From the NCBI GenBank assembly GCA_951406725.2, contig OX597819.1:120342001-120406000 (forward strand): a stretch of DNA of 64,000 nt. The letters run 5' to 3'. The notes under the pieces are model-generated. The model was not told the origin of the DNA. It saw nothing but the letters and a program-made list of their open reading frames with translations, and did not search any database. This document shows, one piece after another, positions 53,883 through 64,000 of this stretch. Source of the DNA: Octopus vulgaris (lineage: Eukaryota). The position numbers and the translations under genes are program-made. Position 1 is the stretch's first letter; each line of letters opens with the position of its first letter.

Positions 53883-56800
53883 AGTCTTTTTTCTTTTTTT
53901 TTTTAATCCCTAAACATGTTAATCTGGCCAGATTTGGTCAACGGGCCCTTATTTCCTAACTACTGCTATCGAGTATAGCGATTTCAATGCAAACTTTGAA
54001 ACACAGCAAAAAAATTGCATTATCAACAGAGCTAAATATACAGGAAACGATTATCCTAATAGAGTGCAGAGTTGCTTATTTATGTCTGATTAAGAAAAAA
54101 AAGTACTTGACACAATGAACTATATAATATAGAATTACAGACTTGTGCATACATACATACATATATACATATAGTGTGTGGCTGCCTGCACTTCAAATAA
54201 GAATACTCGTAATTATTCCAGTTTCAACGGTTACTCGTGAACTAAAAAAATATATCTGATACTTCCACTGTGATAAGATCAAAGTCAGCTCTATTTCAAA
54301 CACATAGCTGAATGGGGTTTTTTCTTAAATTTATTTCATTTATTTTTTGTATATACCCAGCAAGTAATAGAACTGAAAGTTCATGAAGTGAACACGTGAA
54401 CAGCAACTCCCCGCTTCGTTCATTCATAGTTAATTCTCGTGATTTATTTATTTTTTTTTTTTTTGTATGACAAGGAAGAAGTACATAGTGAAATATGAGG
54501 GATTGTAAACATCAGTCATCAAAATAGCATTCATTGAACAAAAGCAAGGTTGAAGGCGCACCTTTAAAAAAAAAAAAAAGGAAAGAAAAATACGCTAGGT
54601 CAATGTTTGTTAAACTGGCAAGTGTAGTGGTGTTGACTCTTGATCACAAACACTGACCCGCCTGAAACGGCACCTGCTTCTTGGTTTAAAAGCTCTAAAT
54701 TTAAATCTTCCATCAAAATTTATATCCCAGAAACCAGCTTAAATCCTTTTTCTATTATAGGCACAAGGCCCAAAATTTAGGGGTGGAGGGAGCCAAGTCG
54801 ATTACATCGACAAACAAGGAGACAGACAAACGGATTAAGTCGATTATATCGACCCCAGTGAGTAACTTGGTTCTTATTTCATCGACCCCGGAATGATGAG
54901 AGGCAAAGTCGACCACGGCGGAATTTGAACTCAGAACGCAGTAGTGACAGGCGAAATGCCGCTACCTTCAGAAACTAGTTTCTTGTACAATCCATATCGG
55001 AAATAACGCTAAGGACGTTTACCTTTCGGTTCGATATAAATGTGAAACTTTTAAAATAGCAAACTTGGCTATCAACCTTTCACTAAAACAAGTCGTATCG
55101 ATCTTTTTATTTATTTATTTATTTTTTTTTTCGTAGAAAATCGATTTATTAATTATCACAGATGTTATGTAATTTAAGCATATCGACGCACGAACGAATG
55201 CATGCCATACTCCGTGTTTACGAATACCAAAGATGAATCGTTCAGACTCACTGATTATTATAAATATTAAAAATTAAACTCGTGTTCTGTAGCTTTCCAA
55301 CTGCGTGGTCGCGGGTTCAGTTCTACTACGTAACACCTGGGGTGTCTTCTAACCTCGAGCCGACTAAAAATCCTCGAGTTGATTTGGTGGACGGAAACTG
55401 AAAGATGTATGTGTGTGCGTGTATGTATGCATGTGTGTGCGTGTATGTATGCATGTATGTGTGTGTGTGTGTATGTATGTATGTGTGTGTATGTATGTAA
55501 GTGTGTATGTATGTATGTGTGTGTGTGTGTGTGTATGTATGTATGACAGTCTCCACAAGATTGATTGACAATCGGTATTGGTTTGTTTATGCTCGTGTAA
55601 CTTAGAGGTTCACCAAAAGAGACGGACAGAATAAGCACGGGTTGATTTGTTCGACTTAAACCTTTCAAGGCAGTACTCCAGCATGGCCAGTCCAATGACT
55701 GAAACAAACCAAGTCAAAATACACACACAGTATCAAGTATGCTATAAAAAAAAACTTAGTTTTCTCATGTGAACAGCAAAAAGGGTGGCGATTGGTGGAG
55801 GGTGGGCAAAAACAAGTTTTAAACGTTGATAATTTTTACTATATATACACACATATAAAAATATATATATATATATATATATATATCCATTCATATATAT
55901 ATTCATTCGTTCATTCATTCAAATCAACTTACTCATTCACTGCGCAAATTCAGCCAGGCAAAGCACCATACAAACACGTAATTGTTGCAAGCTACAGACA
56001 TAACTGGAGGAGGTTTGAGGGAAGAAAGAGGTTGAAAATATAGAAGCAGGTTCCCAGACATGTTTACTGGTTTATAAAGCTCGATCGATCGATGACGCTG
56101 AATATCAATAGATAAAAATACCGACACACTGCTTTGCCAGCCATTATTATTACCATACATATAATAAACAACCCAAACGAGACTGTTACAATAACAACAC
56201 TACTGTGTAAAGTGTATGGGCGTCACAAGCTCCTCATAATTTTGACTGTGAGATGTCTGTGAAAAGGTTAGCAGGAAAATGAGGAGGGAGGAGGGAAGGG
56301 GCTATTTTTTCGGAGAAAGAATATCGAAAGTGAAAGTAAATGTTCGACAGTTTCCGTAAAAGAAAAATTTGTATTTCTTTAATTATTTTTCGGCAGCTGA
56401 CTTGCTTATATTTATGTGTATGTAAATGTGTTCATTTGCATATATGTATATTTGTATTCGTGTCTGTGTGTGTGTTTATGGGCAAGTGTTATACATACAT
56501 AAATTATACACACAATTGCACATAAACACACACATACATACATATACTTATCCATACACACATACATACACAAAAAGTACATAAACATAAGCGATTCAGC
56601 TAAAAAAAGATACACTAAAGATATATTTTAAAAAACTTTTACGGAAATTGACGAACAGATACTTTCAGGTTTGATATACTTTCTCTGAAAGACAGTCAAG
56701 TTGTTTCGTTGGTGTTCTGTTAGTGTTTCTCATGGGCGAAGAAGTAATGGAGACTAAAAAAAAAAGGGGGTTGGGTAAAGTGCTGTTTGATAAAATGATG

Positions 56801-57409
56801 GTTCTTTTTAACTTATAAAACTTAGCCTGCACAATGGCGAATGAAGGATGCAAGTTATTTTGTCTTTAAAGGAGAATGGAGCAATAGATTTCCTTAATAT
56901 TTTACCAGTAGAGCCCTGTCATTCCATTTGGAGAACCACTTTAAGGAAAGAGAACATATAAAAAAGATAGGAGGGGGGTATGAAGTGGGAGTAAAATACA
57001 AATAACAATCTGACCCTTCTTCATCGAGTAGTATGCCCCCTTGGAAAGGACGATGCGGGTACAAATAATGAAAGGGTTTGGAAGAGGAAGTCACAGAACA
57101 TGTGCAATAAGGAACTTAGCCTTCCTTTTTGGTAAAACTGGCAAAATATGGAGCTTGGTACAATAAGACAGTGAGGATACATTAATAAGTATTGAGTGTA
57201 TTCGGTGATGGAGCAAAATTCTTGGTGACCAGAGGTTTTACAAACGGAAACGAAAGGGGTTAACAAAAATCAACAACAACAACAACAACGACATGACCGC
57301 GATTAACAAAATGAAAGAGGGGACTGGTAGAAATGATCGAATTAAGGTAGATATAGCAACGGAAGAGTCTTCGAAAAAGGAACATATCAGATAGGTTAGT
57401 CCTACTTAC

Positions 57410-57441
57410 ACTGTGTCAGGAAAGAAAGTCAAAATGTTCAT
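57410..57441 (-). CDS. Speculative phase-compatible first coding exon (MNILTFFPDT-V)
   Basis: AAAC ATG...ACA GT|gtaagt has a perfect donor and is phase 2, so it would join in frame to the 46355 exon. It lacks the HLxAGG motif expected from homologues and may be chance. Confidence 0.15.
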
Positions 57442-58205
57442 GTTTAAAATAATGTCTGCTCAGTAAGGGGTTTTATAAGATTAATAACAAAGAATGGTAC
57501 CGACGGATAATAGCACAAATACCTATTTCTTTACTACCCACAAGGGGGCTAAACACAGAGAGGACAAACAAGGGGATTAAGTCGATTACATCGACCCCAG
57601 TGTGTAACTGGTACTTATTTAATCAACCCCGAAAGGATGAAGGGCAAAGTCGACCTCGGTAGAATTTGAACTCAGAACGCAGCGGCAGACGAAATACTTC
57701 TAAGCATTTCGCCCGGCAGCACAGATAATGACGATATATAAACACTTGTGTACAATTATTTTAATTATACATACACAAACATATGCATGCGTGTGTATTT
57801 ACATGTCTGGTATATAAATATATAAATATACCGGTTTATATGTATGCTTATTATATATGTGTATGCGCTTGCATATATATGCTATGTGTATACATATTTC
57901 ATACATAACGAGCTTATATATCATCATCATCATTTAACGTCTGCTGTCCATGCTGGCATGGGTTGGACGACTTGACCAGGGCTGCCCCACAATCCAGTCT
58001 GATTTGGCATGGTTTCTACGGTTGAATACCCTTCGAAACGCTTATAGATACACACACACACACAACTACACCTATACATACATTCAAACAGACCCATTAT
58101 ATATGCACACACACATGCGTGAGTATAAGCGCATACATACAAACACACACGTAGACAGGTTTTGGGATTTGTTTTGGTTCATGCTTATTTAAGGACAGTC
58201 TAGGG

Positions 58206-58384
58206 CAGTGCTTTTCAACCTTTTTGCTGGAGCGGAACCCCAAGGAAACATTCCACTGGCTCGAGGAACCCCTGTGCAATAATTTAATAGTCTTATGCAC
58301 ACATATATGCACGGGAGAAACAAAAATTACTGTCGATTTTAGCATTTTTGTAACTTCTTGCGGAACCCTGGTTGAAAAACACTG
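58206..58384. mobile_element. hAT (Charlie-like) MITE, 179 bp
   Basis: TIR CAGTG(C/T)TTTTCAACC and a perfect 8-bp TSD GTCTAGGG on both sides. Confidence 0.92.
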
Positions 58385-59006
58385 GTCTAGGGCACTGCCC
58401 TTCACAACCGAATGTTGTATCTATGTGCGCACATATGTAAACATACATACTGTGTAAAGTGTGTGTGAAAAGGAAAGTTATACATTTGTGCATACAAGGA
58501 CATTAGTAGACACACATGCATACAGACTTTTGTGTTTATAAGTACAACAGACGAACAGATTAGAAGAAACGTGTGATGAATAGAGATGGGCCCGAGAAGA
58601 CTTAGCGAAATGGCGAACGAAAACCGTCTAGAGATAAGACGTTATATAACTTATCAACGAAGAGGCTTTATCAGACCCAGACAACGTAAATAATAAATCT
58701 ATGTGTAATATCACTGGCTTAATATATGATCCGTCACAAGGTAAGAGCTACAGGGCCAACATGACAGTGCAAATAGAAGGCAAACAACTGGATGGAGCCG
58801 ATTCGGGGGTAGATTAACATGCTAAAAATAGCAAGTGAATATATATTCTTCAATTCACATTAAAAGACAGAAAGAAGAACATTGTGCTTAATTTATGCAG
58901 TCTTCAATACGGAGTATCTGATATAAGGATTGAATAATGCATCGAACGTTTTTGAAAACGAGATAAAATCTATTTATTTATATGTCTAGCTAAGTCTGTC
59001 TGTCTG

Positions 59007-59065
<59 letters not shown>

Positions 59066-60005
59066 CTATGTCCAGCCATCCGTCTATCTATCTGTGTCTA
59101 ATGTTTGTGTATAAACAATATTAGGTTCTTATAGTTTACATTTCGTAGTCCAGTGCAGTGAAATAGTAGTAACCGCAGCACTAGCGAAAGATGGGGTCAG
59201 TGTCGGCAAATAGAATACAGGCAAGCTTATAAATGGAATAAATTATTTGAGCTGTGAAGAAGGGAAGCTTCCTTAATTACTTAAAAACAAAACTCTTTGC
59301 TTAATTGCAAAAGCACAAATTGTTCGCAAGATAAATAACAGACATCATCAATCCTATTTATTTATCCAACGTTCCTTGTAAGCAGGTCACCTCAACCACT
59401 CTCTCTCTCTAATTATGCTCATCATGATGGTACTGAATTCGCTACGAAACCTACTTTTTCACGGTACAATAATTCCGTGAATTTTCATTTATTATACCAT
59501 GAACTTGTTTATTTACTGATGCGAATCCATTAGTTACAATGAGAAATGTGAATTTATCCACACAGGCTCAGGTAATGGCTGTGTGGATAAGAACTCTGCT
59601 TCCCAACCAAATGGTCGTAAGTTCAGTCCGAATCAGATCAAAACCTTGTAAGTGAATTTGGTAGACGGAAACTTAAAGAAGCCCATCGTGAGTGTGTGTG
59701 TGTGTTTATGATCCCACCTTAACACTGCAAGACTGTTGGAAATGAGTGCCACTGCCATATAAGCGGTGTCGGTTATTTTCAATATTCTTTGAAAATGTGT
59801 CTGACGTTGCTTGGAAAGAGATGAGGGTTAGCAACATGAAGAGCATCCAGCTGTATAAAAACTTTCTCAGCAAGTCTCGTCCGACCTATGCAAGCATGGA
59901 TAAGTGGGCATTAAATCCATGATCACACACATCCACACCGAGTGTAAACAAGTGAGTTACAAAATAATTCTGCTCGATCTGCGAGAAATAAATAACAGAT
60001 TAATA

Positions 60006-60422
60006 GGATCTTTTCGGTTTGAACGGCAGTTTTTTCTACGGGTGTCATATGAAATTGTCACCCATAATTATGACCCTAGTATCGATCTATTGCATTTCAA
60101 TCTGTTTTAGGGTTAGAGTTAGGAGTGGGGGGAAGGGTATCTTTTTTCTTCAGAAATGTAAATATACCCAATCTGTTTCTTAAACGAGGGACATATTCAT
60201 ACGGCACAGAATGTTTTCAGCTCAATAGACGTCATTGATTAGTTGAAATTGCAGAAATTGAAGAAAAACAACAACAAATATCTTACAAACTATAGAATTT
60301 TCTCAATAAAGCCAAGAGAAAAAAGATGTTTTATAAACACATTCTACCAGTATACGAAGTTTAAAAGTGTTTAGTTACGTGGAAATTATTTTAAAAAACT
60401 GCCGTTCAAACGGAAAAGATCC
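60006..60422. mobile_element. ~415-bp MITE with GGATCTTTTCGGTTTGAACGGCAGTTTT TIRs (Merlin-like?)
   Basis: TIRs of about 28 bp and a near-perfect 8-bp TSD gattaata/gattaatc. Copies at 25743-26152 and 53464-53882, with a foldback variant at 44495-44860. The superfamily is inferred from GG termini plus the 8-bp TSD. Confidence 0.8.
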
Positions 60423-61699
60423 GATTAATCACCCTCCTCTATCTCAAAAAAAAAAATCCCTGACAGAAATGAGAAAATGGACGAGAGTAACATGTGGCTA
60501 TAATATGGACACAACAATGTAATCTGGAATGTTTTTGGTATGTTCCGTGTGGATTGGGCCAAAACAAGACTACAATATAATCTAAGCTATTAACGAATAT
60601 ATATTGTGATTAGACGGAACATTCCATAAAATACAGAAGCAACAAGGTTAGCAAATACACATACAAACACACACAATATGCAGCATTATAATCCCACCTT
60701 TTGATTGATTTGTGTTTAATTAACAAAACGTAAATTGCATGTCAACAGTATGCATCTAAGTATAAACATTTGCTGTTTCCTTCTCCTTTCTGATTCACAA
60801 TAAGGTTAACAAAAACATCTGCTGTTCTCGTGCTAAATACTACCTCAAACCTTCCACACACAATTCGATTCTCTTAAGTCTTTCTTGAAAAACGAAAATG
60901 AAGAAAAGCAAACCATAAACTCATTGCTAATTATGTTATAGTAATAATGATAATTCTTTCGTAATCTGGCCACAAGGGTCGCAGAAACATTTGGGACAAA
61001 GCCAGTGCCGCCTCGACTGGCTTCTGTGCAGGTGGCACGTAAAATGCACCAATCCGACCGTGGCCGATGCCAGCCTCCAGTGCAGGTGGCACGTAAAAAG
61101 CACCCACTACACTCACGGAGTGGTTGGCGTTAGGAAGGGCATCCAGCTGTAGAAACATTGCCAGATCAGACCGGAGCCTGGGGCAGCCTTCTGGCTTCCC
61201 AGATCCCCGGTCGAACCGTCCAACCCATGCTAGCATGGAGAACGGACGTTAAACGATGATGATGATGATAAAGACGAAAAACAGTGGGGATTTATATAAG
61301 GAGTAACAATTAACAAGAAAGTTGTGTGGTAAGAAGCTTGCATTGCAACCACATGGTTCTGGGTTCAGTCCCACTGCGAGGCACTTTGGGCAAGTGTCTT
61401 CTACTATAGCTTCGGGCCGACCAAAGCTTTGAGTGAATTTGGTAGACGGAAACTGAAAAAAGCTCATCGAGTATATATATATATCATCATCATCGTTTAT
61501 ATATATATATATGTATGTGTGTGTGTGCGTGTGTGTTTATGTTCCCATAATTTGGCAGTTCGACAAAAGAGACCGATAGAATAAGTACCACAGTTAATAA
61601 GTAATGGGTCGATTTGTTCGCCTGAACCCTTCAATGCAATGCTTCAGCAAGGCCGCAGTCCAATGACTGTAACAAGTAAAAGATAAAAGTTGAACAGGG

Positions 61700-61960
61700 A
61701 ATACCATCATTCTGGACAAGGGCAAAAAATGTTTTTTGAAGTGCATCATCATGGATATGGCTATATCTACGGATATGAATGTAGCGGTCAAAGAACAGGA
61801 AAAAAATAGGAAAATACCAGGACATGGCTAGGGTAATACAATGAATATGGAGGGTTTCTACAAAAGAAATCCCAATTGTTATGGGTGCCCTAAGTACCGT
61901 AAGAGTTTCATTTATTCTGAAATCTGCTCTAAGGAGAACAGAAAGGTTCTCGATATCTAA
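61700..61960 (+). mobile_element. Decayed R4/Dong-like non-LTR retrotransposon, restriction-like endonuclease fragment
   Basis: My translation: TIILDKGKKCFLKCIIMDMAISTDMNVAVKEQEKNRKYQDMARVIQ*IWRVSTKEIPIVMGALSTV. This resembles the CxIID...KExEKxxKYQDL...W...IPIVxGALG end of REL-endonuclease elements. Confidence 0.7.
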
Positions 61961-62414
61961 GGAAACTGTTTGTGAGCCGGTGCCAAGGACATTGATTCCG
62001 AATGTAAAACGTTTGTGCACACCATGAATAATAATAATTGTTCTATTATTGCCACAAAGGCGACGAACTACAGAGAAAGATTAGAAAAATATGTGGGAGT
62101 TGAATGAGAAAATAGTGACAGTATAGACATATAGAGGGAGGGTGGCCATTTGGAACGAATCAAGGATCCCCCACAGAACCAAGAGTATAGTGACCTCTCA
62201 CATAAATTCCCCAACATAAAGATTACTGGCAGTAACCTTATTTGCTACAAGGACGATAGACATCGATAAAATTGATTTCTGATATGGAGCCAAGTCATAC
62301 ATTTTGAGGCAAATTGAGGGCTTATTAGAGTGTATTTGTTTTGTTCAGCATCAGATCGGGTCCTAGATGAGCAGACCTGTAATCGAAGATTTTATCGAGC
62401 AATGTGTGTGTTAG

Positions 62415-62815
62415 ACTACATTATCTAATGTACCTCCCCCTTTTCAAAACATCAAAATGTTATAATTAGTCAGAGTTAGCTATTTCTAGCAAGTAGAGCG
62501 ACCATGTAGTACTTCCCTTGTCAGAAAGCAGATATCGTTGGAGGTTAAGGGACGTAACTAAATATCTATCGATTCTATCAGCCATCGCCCTTAGAATGTA
62601 AATTATTGCTTTATAATCATTACCTAATGTGCTCTCTCCTTTTCAAAACAGTAAGATATAATAATCAATCAGATTTAGCTGCTATTTCTAACAGGTCGAG
62701 CGATCACCGTTGATAGTACAGCTCTTGTAAGAAACAGACATCGGTGGGGGTTAGGTGACGTAACTAAATATCGATCCATCGATTCTAACAGCCATCACCT
62801 TTAAAACACAAAGAA
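62415..62815. repeat. Diverged tandem duplication with a ~200-bp unit
   Basis: Shared blocks cattat/acctaatgt...ttttcaaaaca...gctatttcta...gacgtaactaaatatc...atcgattcta..agccatc occur twice. Confidence 0.8.
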
Positions 62816-63609
62816 ATCATTATCATTACACCAGACAATGTGATCCTATACAATAACAATGGATGGTCACGATTGGAACACTTTTTTTATCACAGTTCTG
62901 CTCGACAAGGGGTTAACAAGAAACTACACAACAACCAAGTTAAGCCTTGATCAAAAATCAGTCAACTGCGACAATCCCGTTAAATTTATCCAATGTTTCC
63001 ACTTCTTTATTCCACACGGTAAAGTGTACTTTGAATCAGAGGTTCCCAAATTCCACGCGGCCCAGAAAGAATTAATTCCAAAATTTTATTAGTTTGATTG
63101 ACTCATAGCAGTCAGCAGTGAGAATATATATAGTACAAGTGGATTATGTATGAAATAATTAAATTATGTGACTATTCACTGTTTTGTTAGGTGCTTGATC
63201 CCTGCCGGTTTGTGGTTGGAGATTACTGCTTTAAGGTATATTTAACTGCTATTTCATGCCAGTCGAGTCACCATGTACTGGTTCCCACAACAAAGGGAAC
63301 AGGTGAACTTGTTTTTTGTCTTTCATACATTTGAGTCCAATTAACTAAAATTCTAAACCTCAAGCATTGAGATCGATCAAATAGATTGTTTGGTTCCTAA
63401 AATATGGAATTAGAATGACAAAGGAACACAGAATTGTCATGAATTTCTAAAGCTAACGAAGTCCATGACACATTTTTATTCCTATGTCATTCTAATTTCC
63501 TTCTACTGCTTTGTACTCGACTGATGACTCGTTCTTAAGTATACGTACATTGAGCTTTAACACCAGGTACTGGTATCGCAATGCTAAAGCCAAATAATAA
63601 TAATAATAA

Positions 63610-64000
63610 TCTCTCTATATATATAAAGCTGAAGTTGTCTGTGTATGGCAGGTTTGGTAGCCTTCAACTAACACTATCTCCTCCGAGACCCTGCAGCACA
63701 AGTTGATCAAAATTGAGAGTATGATAGAAGAAGGCTTGCTCTTCCTTCCGTATAAGAAAAAAATTCAAATAGGACTATGTTAACACCAAAAATTATTTAC
63801 ATCAAAAAGGTGCTTTTCTTCTATGAAAATCCCTATTTTTTACGATATTTTGACTGCTGTGTCGCCATTTTTCGGTGTATTTCAACCAGAAAAATGTTCA
63901 CTTAAAGAGAATAACAAGCTACATAATGCAAAATTTTTACTTTTCAAAAATTCCAATTCTAAAGAGTCGAAAAGAAAACAAACCCGAGCAATGCTGGGCT
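63610..64000 (+). mobile_element. Non-autonomous Helitron-like element running off the window end
   Basis: A|TCTCTCTATATATATAAAG 5' end and a subterminal hairpin CCCGAGC-AAT-GCTGGG at the window edge. A similar 5' end is at about 41033. Confidence 0.65.

Noticed and set aside
54357-54427. Possible first exon MNERSGELLFTCSLHELSVLLLAG, in phase with the 46355 exon
   Set aside because: The donor is weak (GG|gtatat) and it only loosely resembles the conserved HLxAGG start, so it was not annotated as a feature.
55933-56160. 75-aa minus-strand ORF ending next to GTAAGT
   Set aside because: The stop precedes the donor and the phase-compatible frame is closed. At most it is a 5'UTR exon or uORF, which I cannot support from sequence alone.
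63501-63560. CTGATGA-CTC...GAG motif
   Set aside because: The GAAA half of the hammerhead core is absent.

Overview
This is AT-rich, repeat-dense metazoan genomic DNA. The SINE and microsatellite make-up looks like an octopod cephalopod, which is an inference. The only protein-coding gene I can support is a minus-strand mitochondrial pyrimidine-nucleotide carrier of the SLC25A36/SLC25A33 (Rim2) type. Six coding exons (46113-46355, 31127-31204, 12587-12687, 7939-8005, 5763-6046, 2571-2767) have GT-AG junctions and join in one open frame, but the true start exon was not identified. The introns and flanks are filled with tRNA-derived SINEs, 5'-truncated RTE LINE 3'UTRs, CR1/L2- and R4/Dong-like fragments, piggyBac-, hAT-, Tigger- and Merlin-like MITEs, Helitron-like elements and mini/microsatellites. 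Most supplied ORFs are repeat artefacts. The most interesting signal is in the 18.4-kb intron: a tRNA-headed element carrying a minimal type-I hammerhead ribozyme, on the pre-mRNA strand, with an inverted copy of its head (20685-20971). A candidate poison or terminal exon lies just upstream of it. Other notable items are a piggyBac-like MITE holding local intron DNA, a MITE flanked by a ~110-bp duplication, many fold-back hairpins (possible ADAR substrates), and a minisatellite that amplifies the likely branch point of the last intron. Repeat coordinates were read by eye and are approximate.
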